Source: the human T2T-CHM13v2.0 reference genome, Homo sapiens. From it: a stretch of 64,000 nt of DNA. Where the stretch lies: assembly GCF_009914755.1 (NCBI RefSeq), contig NC_060940.1, one strand, 5' to 3'. The notes under the pieces were generated by a model. That model saw only the letters and a program-made list of their open reading frames with translations. It was not told where the DNA came from and searched no databases. This document shows positions 1 to 12,020 of the stretch, piece by piece. The translations under genes and the position numbers were made by a program. Each line of letters starts with the position of its first letter. Within the stretch, counting starts at the first letter, position 1.

Positions 1-262
1 ATTAGCAAACTAATGTAGGAACAGAAAACCAAATACCATATGTTCTTATAAGTGGAAGCTAAATGATGAGAACTCATAAATACAAGGAAAGGAACAACGG
101 ACACTGGGGCTTACTTGAGAGTGGAGGGTGGGAAGATGGAGACGAGCAGAAAAATTAACTATTGGGTACCAGGCGTAATACGTGGGTAACAAAATAATCT
201 GTACAACATGAGTTTATATAACAAACCTACACATGCACCCTTGAACTTAAAAGTTAAAAAAA
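1..262 (+). mobile_element. L1 3' end (older L1PA/L1PB type)
   Basis: Typical L1 3'UTR (aaccaaatacc..atgttc..ataagtgg..gacactgggg..aacaaacct..cacatg) ending in an A-rich tail; cut by the window edge. Confidence 0.8.
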
Positions 263-506
263 TTCAGTAAAGTAAATGTTGTATAATAATTTGACATGAA
301 ATTAAAAAGGTAAATGTAAATGCACAAAGAAAAAAACTAAAGTCAAAAAAATTAAAAAATAAAAGACATAACAATAACAAAAAAGCATATCAGGATCACC
401 GAGAGTAGTTTCAGAATATACACTTCCCTGAAGATAAATATAAATAATAAATCCCAGTCTACTCTAGTTTGGTGACCTCTTACAGAGAACAATAAAGCAA
501 TGCTAT

Positions 507-534
507 CACACACACACAGACACACACACACACA
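507..534. repeat. (CA)n microsatellite, interrupted
   Basis: cacacacacacagacacacacacacaca. Confidence 0.9.
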
Positions 535-882
535 AAGAGGTCAATATTGGGACTTCTTTCTCCACTGAACTTTCTTAATACAACATCATTCTACTTCTTA
601 AGTTAAACAACTTAAAGTAGGGCTAACCAAGGGTCTGAATTAGAATCTCTCAGCATAAGTGAGTGTTTTGAAAATTTGATAAATTGCTCTTAAGTTTCTT
701 AATACATATAGAATCTTTATATAAGATTCTGTAAACAACTTTGTGAGCATGCAATGAATAATACATGAAATTGCTTATAAAATTAATAGACATAGTAAAG
801 ATTTAATACAAAAATTGTGAATTTAAGCACTCACATTTTGAGATCTTCAAAATTTATGATAATGGCTTTCTGCTAATGAATT

Positions 883-1110
883 TAATAGTGACCACAGTTA
901 ATAATAATGTACTGTATATTTCAAAATTGCTAAAATAATATATTTTTAATATTTTCATAACATAAAAATGGTAACTAATGAGGTGATGGGTGTATTCATT
1001 AGCTTGATTAACTCTTTCTACAATGTATGCAAAAATCAAAACATCACATTGTACCCCATAAATATGCACAATTATTTGTTGTAACCTTAAAATAGATAAA
1101 TTCAAAAAAC
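883..1110 (+). mobile_element. L1MA-type 3' end fragment
   Basis: gtgaccacagttaataataatgtactgtatatttcaaaattgctaa...acatcacattgtaccccataaatat resembles the L1MA 3'UTR. Confidence 0.75.
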
Positions 1111-1448
1111 TTATGACAAATGTATGATAAATGCATGTATTTCAAATGAGGAAAATCATTTAATTTCTTGAACTCTGAATAGAAAATGACACAGAATTAA
1201 GATTGCTGTAATGTAGTTGTTAAAGAGTTTCTCATTGATAGACTTGTTTTCACTATGACACTTATAAACACTTAACCCTTGCTATGAAACATAACATTAG
1301 GTTACATTATTCTAGAGACCATCTTAAAACCATGCGAGTATTGTAATTGTTCTTTCCCAGTAGCTATTTAGATCTGATCACTATAATTGCTAAGTAAAAT
1401 AAAACAGGGAATTGCAACTTTCCAAATCATCAATTTCTAAATAAATTT

Positions 1449-1851
1449 TAGTTGACTTTTGGATAACACAGGGAGGAGGGGAAACCCATGCAATGGAAAA
1501 TTCATGTATAACCTTTGATACCCCAAAAAGGTAACTGCTAATAGCTTACTGTTGACTGGAAGCTATTTTGTATTTTGTATATGAGTTATATACTGTATTC
1601 TTACAACAAAGCAAGCTAGAGAAAAGAAAACTGTAAGAAAATCATAAGGAAGAGAAAAAATACTTACTCTTCATTAACTAGAAGTGAGTCATCATAGAAT
1701 CTTCATCCTCATTGTCTTCGTGTTGAGTAGTCTGAGGAGGAGGAGGGAGAGGAGGGGTTGGTCTTGCTGTTCACGGGTGGCAGAGGCAGAAGAAAACCTG
1801 CATATATGTGGACCCTCAGAGTTCAAAACCATGAGGTTCAGGGGTCAACTG
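1449..1851 (-). mobile_element. Tigger2a (MER28) non-autonomous TcMar-Tigger element
   Basis: Terminal inverted repeats (c)agttgac... and ...ggggtcaactg followed by TA; the interior matches recalled Tigger2a in reverse orientation. Confidence 0.85.
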
Positions 1852-2008
1852 TATTTTGGAAACATATGCATAGCATGTAAATTGTCTCCTTTTTTTTTTA
1901 CATAGCTAAAGAATATGACTTATAGAAACTGATAATTTTATGAAACATAATCAATCTCAATTACTAAATGAAATATGTTTTTGTGCTGCATTAGAAGCCA
2001 TTAAGTTG

Positions 2009-2189
2009 GGCCAGGTGCAGTGGCTCACACCTATAATCCACCACTTTGGGAGGCAGAAGCAGGCAGATCGCTTGAGCTCAGGAGTTTGAGACCATCCTGA
2101 GCAACATGGTGAAACTATGTCTCTACAAAAAATACAAAGAAAAAAAAATTAGGCGGGTGTGGTGGCTTACGCCTGTAGTCCTAGTTACT
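2009..2189 (+). mobile_element. AluJ-like element, 3' part deleted
   Basis: Left arm, A-rich linker and start of right arm; stops abruptly at cctagttact. Confidence 0.9.
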
Positions 2190-4332
2190 GTTAGTGCTAT
2201 TTTACAACAGCATGTGCTCACTTTGTGTCTCTGTGTCACATTTTGGTAATTCTTGCAATATTTCAAGCTTTTAAATTATTATTATATGTTACGGTGATCT
2301 GCAATCAGTGATGTTTGATGTTACTATTGTAATATCACGCCACAAACCATGTTCATATTCAGCAGCAAACTTAATGGATAAATGTGTGTGTTCTGACTCC
2401 TCCACCAACTGGCTGTTCCCGCATCTCTCTCTCTCTCCTTGGACCTCCCTATTTCCTGAGAGACAACAATATTGAAATTAGACCAATTAATAACCTTACA
2501 ATGGCCTCTAAGTATTCAAGTGAAAGGAAGAGTCATGTGTCTTTCATTTTAAGTCAAAAACTAGAAATGACTGCACTTAGGAAGACATTGTCCACCAAGA
2601 TAAGCAGAAAGCTAGGCTTCTTGCAGCAAACATTTAGCCAAGTTGTGAATGCAAAGAAAAAGTTTGTGAAGAGAATAAAAAGTGCTACTTCAGTGAACAC
2701 ATGAATGATAAGAAAGTGAAATAACCCTATTGCTGATACGAAGACAGTTTTAGTGGTCTGGATAGAAGATCAAATCAGCCACTACATTCCCTTAAGCCAA
2801 AGCCTGATCAAGGCCCTAAGTTCTTTTCAATTCTATGAAGGCTGAGAGAGGTGAGGAAGCTGTAGCAGAAAGCTGGAAGCTAGCAGAGGTTGGTTCATGA
2901 GGTTCAAGAAAAGAGGCTGTCTCCATAACATAGAAGTACAAGGTGAAGCAGCAAATCCTTAGGATGAAGCTGCAGTAAGTTATCCAGAAGATGTAGCTAA
3001 GATCATAGGTAAAGGTGGCTACACTAAACAACAGATTTTCAACATAGATGAAACAGCCTTCTATTGGAAGATGCCATCTAGAACTTTCATAGCTAGAGAG
3101 GAGAAGTCAATGTGTGACTTCAAAGGACAGGCTGACTCTCTTGTCAGAGACTAATGCAGTTGGTGACTTTAAGCTGAAGACAGTGTTCATTTACCATTCT
3201 GAAAATCCTAGGACACGTAAGAATTATGCTAAATTCTTCTCTGTAAAGCACAGGCAGATGACAGCACATCTGTTTGCAACATGGTTTACTGAATATTTGA
3301 AACCCACTATTGAAGCCTACCGGGCTCAAATAGTCTGCCTGCCTTGGCCTCCCAAAGTGCTGGGATTACAGGCAAGAGCCACTGTGTCTAGCCCTTGTTT
3401 TTGAAGAAATACATTTTGTAAGGCTATAGCTCTTATTGATACTGATTCCTCCAATTAATCTGGGCAAAGTAAATTTAAAACCTTCTGGAAAGCAGTCACC
3501 ATCCTAGATGCTATTAAGAACATTTGTAACTCATGAGAGAAGGTAAAAATATCAGCATTAATGGGCATTTGGAAGAAGCTGATTCCAACCCTTAGGGATG
3601 ACTTTGAGGGGTTCAAGACTTCAGTGGAGGAAGGAACTGCAGATGTGGTGAAAATAGCAAGAGAACTAGAATTAGAATTGGAGCCTAAAGATGTGACTGA
3701 ATTGCTGCAATCTTATAATAAAACATTAATGGATGAGGAGTTGCTTCTTATGAATGAGAGAAGAAAGTGGTTTCTTGAGATGGAATCTACTCCTGGTGAA
3801 GATGCTATGAACATAGTTGAAATGACAACAAAGGATTTAGAATATTACATGAACTTAGTTGATAAAGCAGTGGCAGGGTTTGAGAGGATTGACTTTAATT
3901 TTCAAGTTTGGCTATGGGTGAAATATCAAATGGCATCACATGCTACAGAGAAGTCTTTCATGAAAGGAAGAATTAATATGGCAAACTTCATTGTTTTTTT
4001 AAAAATTCACTCCACAGTCACCCCAACCTTCAGCAACCACCACCCTGATCAGTCAGCAGCGATCAATATCGAGGCAAGAACCTCTACCAGGAAAAAGATT
4101 AAAATTTACTGAAGACTGAGATTATGATTAGTATTTTTTTTAGCAATCAAGTATTTTAAAATTAAGGCATATAGATTTTTAAGGCATATAGCTATTATAC
4201 ACTTACTAAAATATAAAGGTACTATTTATATGCACTAGGAAACAAAAAACTTGATGTGATGAAATTTATTGCAAAATATTCACTTTATTGTGGTAGTCTG
4301 GAACCGAATCCACAGTACCTCTGAGGTGTCTG
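2190..4332 (+). mobile_element. Tigger1 DNA transposon with decayed transposase (5' TIR lost, internal deletion)
   Basis: ATG at 2501 gives MASKYSSERKS. ORF fragments include [23 protein letters not shown] and [15 protein letters not shown] (pogo/CENP-B DDE family). 3' TIR-like end gaggtgtctg followed by TA. Frameshifts and stops throughout. Confidence 0.93.
3321..3393 (-). mobile_element. Alu 5'-end fragment inside Tigger1
   Basis: gcctgccttggcctcccaaagtgctgggattacaggc..gagccactgtg..agcc. Confidence 0.9.
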
Positions 4333-5984
4333 TACCTATAAGTAAAGAAATGTTATAAAGGAATATATTAGCTTGTAAATTACTAAGCTGCTTACATAGA
4401 ACTAATTTAATTAAGCTATTGCTTAACAATTAACAGTTGTTACTCTATTAACAATTAACAGTTGTTAATCTATTTATTAACAATTAACAACCACCACCCA
4501 CATTCACTAGATACACACAAGTAAACAGAGTAGCAAAACCAACCCTCTTGTACCCATTCCGAGGTCCCAAGCATCAACCCCATGGCCATTTCTCCCCCGT
4601 GCAACTCTTTCATACGTTGCCCATGATCTGTATTATTTTGAAGCAAATTTAAAACTTCCTAGCTTTATATCCTTAAATATTTGTGTGCAAATTCCTGAAA
4701 TTTAAGATTCTATTTTCTTAAAATAGAATCTAAAGAAATGAACAATAATTTATTTGCACCATCAAGTAATCAGTTGTTTTTCAAATTTTCAATAGTTAAC
4801 TGGAAAACAACATTTTATTATTACTATTTTTTTAACAACAACTTTCCAAAGACCTCAATATGATACAAAAGAGAATTTCTTAGTAAGGACTATTGATTTC
4901 AGAGTCCATTCTCTGAACATGTTCTCTGTGTAGTTTTACCTCATCCACTATCTGCCACTCAATCAAGATTTGAGTCCCTGAGGAATTGCTGAAGGTACAT
5001 ATATTCAGAGAAGATGCTTATTCCTATTCTTACAGAGCCATGGTTTTCAAACCTGCGGGAACAAAGCCACAATGAGTCATTATGTCTGTTATTCTTTTTT
5101 TCATTACTTTACATTTGTGGCCTAAGATTTTGTAACTGTCCTGGAAGAATTCAAAGGAAAATTTGAATGTATGGCACAATAGGCTTTACACTACATGTGG
5201 CATTAAGATAAATATCATTTAAGTGTAAAATAAGCCCTAATACTGTGTCATCAGAATACTAAAGAATTCCCCCTCAGATACATTTATTTTAATTTTTTTA
5301 ATCTTTAGGGAGCAGCAAGGCGTTTTATCTGGTTCCTTACAGAAACACTTATGGTTATTCTATATATTATGAATAATGTAGTTTCTTAAAATTAAAATAA
5401 GCAGAGTTTAAAGTACGTATACAGCATCATTAAAATAACATGCAATATGTTTTATAAAGTGACTTCAGAGGATGCATACAAATATCTATAAAAGTTATGT
5501 ATGCACCTTTAAAATAATTTGAAAATGTTGATCAACCAATCTAAACTGCGTTGAAATAGAAACAATATGGATATTTAGGAACTTCTGGTTGCTGCATGGT
5601 ACTATAATTACACTGGCTGAAGTATAATTTCCAAAAATTATATGCAAAGGCAAACTAGTTAAAAAGAAAATAAAACTCTACAGTAAAGAAATTAAAACTA
5701 TTTTTGTTGAAGTAACTTTCCTAGGAACTATTCTATTGGTATCTTTTGTCTTGAGGTTAAAAATATTGTCTACTATGTTTAAATAATTATTTGGCTTTAT
5801 TTCCCAAATGGAATTGTCACTTTGATCAAAGCATATAGAGAGGCGTTGCTATTTCTCCTTTTACTCTCTAGTGGGGTGACTTGGATGTTAAACTCAAGTA
5901 ATGAGATTCAGAGACTAATAAACTGTCTGTAACACTGTGCCATCTGTGAAGACTTAATCACTATACAACACAACAATCACAACT

Positions 5985-6165
5985 GCATGTTATTGAGGCT
6001 TGTTATGAAGGAGGCAGATGTTAATCTCTTCATCTTACTTAATTTGGATATCAGACTTTGGAAGTAAGTATTCTTATCTCCAATTTATAGATAAAGAAAC
6101 TGAGGTTTAGGAATCTGATTCAAGATTTTCCAGCTGTTAAGTGATGGATCCCCATCTTTTAAGAG
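5985..6165 (-). mobile_element. MIR fragment
   Basis: ccaatttatagataaagaaactgaggtttag core. Confidence 0.65.
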
Positions 6166-7874
6166 CCAGGATTGTCTTATTATTTTTTTCCAGGTCATAC
6201 TAAGGTCTCCAGTACAAAAGTTTGGATGAGCATACTTAATTTCTCTTTATGGAAAGGGCTTGAAGGGAGTATTAATATTTCACTTGTTGCTGGAATAATG
6301 ATTGTTGATGTTTGAAAAAAATGTTGTCTACGAAGATTAAGAAGATTTTTTGTGAACATGAAATAAATGAGATTTTGTCATCTGTGTTGAGTAGAAGAAA
6401 TATTTCCCAAATTTCAGACATCCTAGCATTAAAAATGGAGAACATGTATTAAAGCCTTCAAGCTTTCTCTATTCTTGTTTCATTTATCTATATCAAGATA
6501 CCCATGGGTATGTGAGCCATTTACTGGTTTGTTTTGTAGTTTTGTTACATCTGGCAGTGTTTCAAAAGGTAATGCAAGTGGGCAGGTGTTATTATTGATT
6601 GAAATAAACAGTTTACACCAGTCTAAAACAGTGTCCGCTGCATGCATTTATTCACCCTCTGCTCCCAAATGACAGATGAGTTTGTCTTTGTGAAGAATAG
6701 GTTAAGCCCTGATTACATTATTACTAAATAAAATACTCTCTCTTTTGACTTTCTCTATAATGAAACTTTAATTATGTTACTAAATTGTACAGAATCTGAA
6801 GGTCAGAAAACCCAAAATAACACACCATCATACATTTCTCTGTGTGTCCTAAAAACATTTGGTAAAATTTAAAGTTGGTGGCAACTTAAAAAATAATACT
6901 GTAGAGATAATTAATTTTTGTATTCACTAAATCTTAATATTACAATTGGGCATGTCTTAGAGGTTACCGAGTTTCTCCCAGTGTCTAGCTTCTATGAAAG
7001 TATAGGTTAAGATCTACATAAAGATACAGTGGTACTCAGCTAAATAAGATATATAGTGTCTAATGTACATCACAATATACATTACAATATGAAGTATACA
7101 TTAATGTACATCCATACATACACTAGTATCATTATTAATATACATTAAATAATATATGGCTTCAGAGGCCGTGATGAGGGTCATCAGTTCTGAACTCTAA
7201 GAAACAGTAAGGGCTGATTCAACTCTATCCAAACTTTTTAAACATTCTAATTTTTCAAATTAAATATAATAAACTGGATATTTATTTTAATCTGCTTAGA
7301 AATGTTGGTTGATTGCGAGTCTCTTTCTAAAGCACATATTTAAGTTTCCATTTGGGAAAACAGTTAGCAATTTAATAAATAAATGACATTTTGAAGTAGA
7401 CTGAAGGCTAATCAATATATTAGAATGACTGTATAAAAACAATAGAATATACAGGTAAATGAGGAATAATTTACTTTAAATTTTATAATGTCTCTAGTGG
7501 GGAATTCAGTAGTTTTCTTTCAGCACTGAACAATAGTGATTTTGATGGTAATGGTCATAAGAATGCCATTATTCTCAGTAATATTAATGGTAAAATGAGA
7601 GATGCTAATTGAGCTCTTTATGGTATAATGCATGATAAATTATGTGATATCTAAAATATGAAGTTGAAAGGTATTTCTCATAGTGTTCTTAATGATCTAT
7701 AAAAAAGCACAAAAGTGAAAAATAGAATTTTAATGAGGTATTCTTAAAAAAATCTTTTATTTTTGCTTTTGGATAAATACATGCAAAATTTAAATCTTGA
7801 TTGTCTTTGCTGAACTATTTTTTAAAGTGCCAAGGACCTATTTCTTTTTCATAGTTAGCATGCTTATTTTCATG

Positions 7875-10800
7875 TAACTTTTTATAATGAAAGACAATAC
7901 ACATTCAGAAAAAGACAAAAAGCATAAATGTATATACAACTCATTGGACTATCAAAAAGTGAAAATGCTATGTAAATATTACGTAGGCCAAACATATTAT
8001 TGTAACTTTCATGCCCTTACTGTTGACTCTTACCTCCCTCTTCCCACCAAATAATCATGACCATGAATTCTATTGCCATAGATTAGTTTTGCTTATTTTG
8101 AATTATATACAGAAGGAATCATACTATATGAACTTTTAAATATCTGGCTCCTTGGGTTAACATCATGCTTATGAAAAACACCCATGTTGTGTCTACATAG
8201 GTATAACTGATTTATTTTTATATAATGAAATGTCCTACAGTAATGAAAATAAGTAAAAGTATAAACAATACAATTAAAAATATAATTTAAAAATATACCA
8301 GTATTTAAAAATCCATTCTATAATTGGACATATGAATTATACCTTGGGTCAATTATGAATAATGCTTCAAAAATATTCACGTACATACATGTCTTTTGCT
8401 AGCTGGAAAACTGCCTGATTTTGCGCTGGGTACATCATTCTTCAGAGTGGAATTGCCAACTCATAAAAAATGTATATATTTAATTTTAGTAGAAAATGCA
8501 AACTAATTTTAATGGAAATTATACCAATTTATATTCTCAACAGCAGTGTATTAAAATTCCATTTGTTCCACATTCTTGAAAACACTTGGTGTTAATTTTC
8601 TTTTGTTTTAGATGTTTATTGTTACCCTCATTTTTAGCCATTCTAGTTGGTGTGCATAACTATCACACTTTGGTTCTAATTGGCATTGTCCAATGTCTAA
8701 TAAGATTAGCAACTATTTCGTAGATTTGTTAGGCATTTAAATATTTTTTTTCTCTTTTTTTCTCTCATTCCTTTGTAGTTCACTATGTATTCTGGATACT
8801 AATATACTGAAAAATAGGTTCTACCATTCTGTGGTTTCTTTCTATTATAACATTTTTAGATGAACAAAGTTCTTAATGTATTCTGACATCAGTTTCCTTT
8901 CATGGTTAAGAAAATCGTTGAACTCCTTAAAATCGTGAAAATATTCAGCTATGTTATCTTCCTATAACATTACTGTTTTGCCTTTCACATTTATGTCTAC
9001 AGTCTTCCTGGAATTCACTTCTGCATACAGTTTGAGGTAGTGATCAATCCTTCTTTAAAAATTTCTTTCTTTTTAATTTTTTATGGGTATGTGAAATGTT
9101 TTGATACAGGCATGCAGTGTGAACTAAGCACATCATGGATGGGGTTATCCATTCCCTCAAGTGTTTATCCTTAGAGTTACAAACAATCCGAGTATACTTT
9201 TTAAGTTACTTTAAAATGTACGGTTATTATTGACTATAGTCACCCTGTTGTGCTATCAAATAGTAGGTCTTAGTCATTCTTTCTGTTTGTTTGTACCCGT
9301 TAACCATCCCCACCTCCCTGCAAGCCCCCCACTACACTTCTCAGCCTCTAGTAACCATCTGTCTACTCTCTATGTCCATGAACTCAACTTTTTTGATTTT
9401 TAGATTTTTCTTTTTAAATTGTTTTCCAATGTGGATATCCAATTTATACAGCACCATGTATTTAAAAGAATTATTTTTCTCCCCACTGCTCTGCATGGCA
9501 AACATTGTTAATAATCCACTCTCCATACATGCTGAATCTGTTTTTGGATTCTCTGTTCTGTTCCAATGATCTGTTTGAAGAACCTGCCAATATGACATTC
9601 TCTTATTTTCTATAACATTATAAGACTTAATATCCAGTAAAAAAAAAAACCCTCCAACTTTGTTTTTCTTGAGGAGTATCTTGGTGATTTCCATTTTGTT
9701 ACATTTCCACATAAAACTTGTAACTATCTTGTAATTTGTGCACACACACAAACATTGGTTTGAATTTGGTAGAATCTATATATTAATTTAGGAGTATTGA
9801 CATCTTTTCAATATGTATTTTCTACTATAAACCTTTAAAATTTTTCTCAATATTTTATAATTTTCATGTAAAGGCATTAAATATATTTTATTAGTTTTTT
9901 ACAGTTAAATAATATAGTTTGATACTAATGTAAATGTCATTCAAAAATTTCACTTTCTGTTGCTTTTGTATAAATGTTTAATTCATTTTTATATATAGGC
10001 TTTTATCTAACAGACTTGTTAAACTAACTCTATAGATTTTTCAAATTTCCTACATTTGCACTCATACACCTATAAATAAAGGCAGTTTTATTTCTTCCTT
10101 TCCAGTCCTACTACCTGTTAAATATTTTTCTTGCCTTATTACACTAACTAGAAGTTCATTACATATTTAATGAAAGGGTCTATACAGAACATACTTGTCA
10201 CATTCTCAAACACAAAGCAGCTCTCAGCATTTCCTATAATGTATGATACTTGCTGTATGATTTTTACAGATACTCTTTGCAGAGTTAGACATTGCCTGCT
10301 GGGCTAAGAATTTTAATCCTGTGTGAATATTACATTTTATGAAATGCTTTTTCTGTATTTGGTGAGAAAACCATATGTTATTTAATGTGATAAATTACAT
10401 TGAATGACTTTTAAATATTAAGCAATTCTTGCATTCCTGGAATTAACTCGATTGAGATATGATTTATTATTTTTTCTATATTTTTATATTGTAGAATCAT
10501 TTTTAAACTATTTTTAAGGAGTTTTGGATTGGCATTCATGAGTAAGATTGACTTTTATTTTCCTTCTTGCAAGTTCCTTGTCAGATTTTAATATCAGGGT
10601 TATGCTGGCCTCACAAAACAAGCTGGGAAGCATTCTCTGTTTTTCTGCTCTTTGAAGGTACTTGTTTAATACTGGTGTGATTTTGTCCTTAAATGTTTAG
10701 AAGAATTCACTAGGAAAGACATCGAGGCCTGCAATTTTCTGTGTGAATATGTTTACAATTATGCATGTAATCTAACAGATGTGGGCAGTTCAGGTTTTCC

Positions 10801-11045
10801 TGTTCTCATCTGTTTTGGTAAGTGGCGATTGGTTTGGAATTTATTTCATTTAAATTTGTAAAATTAGTGGCATAATTCGAAATATCATTATCACTCTAAT
10901 GTGTATAGGATCATCGTAAGATGCTCTTTTGCATTACTGATATTGTTTATTCATGTCTCCTATTTTTTTCTTTCCCAGATCAATCCTAACTAGGGTTTTG
11001 TTAACTTAAACGTTCTTTTCAAAAACCAACTTATGTTTTTTTTCC
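7875..11045 (-). mobile_element. Old L1 (L1ME-like), antisense, 3' end and ORF2 remnants
   Basis: T-rich antisense L1 motifs (ccaatttatattctcaacagcagtgtat, ggattctctgttctgttccaatgatct, ggttatgctggcctcac). ORF 9341..9751(-) has decayed ORF2 words (TDHWNRTENPKTD). Boundaries approximate. Confidence 0.75.
9062..9405 (-). mobile_element. L1MA-type 3' end nested in the older L1
   Basis: gttttgatacaggcatgcagtgtg...gactatagtcaccctgttgtgctatcaaata...ctctagtaaccatc. Confidence 0.85.
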
Positions 11046-11624
11046 CTAATTTTGGTAATTTTTCAAATGTATTTTAATCATGAGGAATAATACCTCTCGT
11101 AGAAAGAAGAATATACAGAAGTCAAAATGAAAAATAATTACAATAGTCTGAATTTCCAAAATTTGGGATAAACACATTTCCCCCAAATTTTGTGTATATT
11201 CTTTCAGATTTATAACACAAATGTATTTATGAAGTATGTTTTCTAAACACACACAGATGAAATATAGAATTATACTGAATGCTATTTGATACATATGACC
11301 ACTGTTTCCTCATTTGTACATCTTCTTACTACTTCCCTGCTTAGATTATTTTAAAACATATTTAATATTGCATGACCTTCTTCAAAGATTCTACAAAATA
11401 TATTTATAATCAATAAGGAGTTTGTTTTTAAATAGAACTTAAAATGAGCATATCTAACATAATTTATAAGTTCTGCAATATCATAAAATAATCATAGGCT
11501 ATTTGACTTCTGCTTGTAGTGTAAAAATATCTTTTTAGAATTTATTATTTGAATTAGAATTCAAAGTCTAATAATACGTTGAATTAATACATGTTTTATA
11601 GTACAATACTATTTATTACCTTTA

Positions 11625-12020
11625 AAATCATTTTTATTGAGAAAGTATTTAGTTGCCATAAAATGCACCCAAATAAAGTGCAGAAATTGATGAGTTCTGA
11701 TAAATGTAAACACCTGTTTAATTAACCCCACAAAGAGGAATCAGAATGTATCCATCACCCAACAGTTCCTTCATGCTCCTTTGTAGACAATGCTCATCAC
11801 ACCCTGACCCTGGAAATAATCAGCTTTCTGTCACTGTAGAGTATTTTTACTATTCTAGAATTTTATATAAATGAAATCATCTTGTGTTCACTTTTATATC
11901 TGGCATTTTTCATTCTACAAAATATTTTTTTAATTGTTTTATGTTGTTGAGTACATCATCAGTTTATGTCTTTTATTGAGTAATTTCCCATTGTATAGAT
12001 ATACTGTTTGTTTTTTTTTT
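11625..12020 (-). mobile_element. L1MB/L1MC-type 3' end, antisense
   Basis: ccataaaatgcaccc...tccatcaccc...ttctagaattttatataaatgaaatcat. Confidence 0.7.

Noticed and set aside
3561-4112. 183-aa ORF as a domesticated TIGD-like gene
   Set aside because: It is the 3' portion of a decayed Tigger1. The upstream transposase has frameshifts, stops and a deletion of the catalytic region.
4705-4731. 12-bp inverted repeat AGATTCTATTTT-ctt-AAAATAGAATCT
   Set aside because: Real but short and AT-rich, with no support for function.
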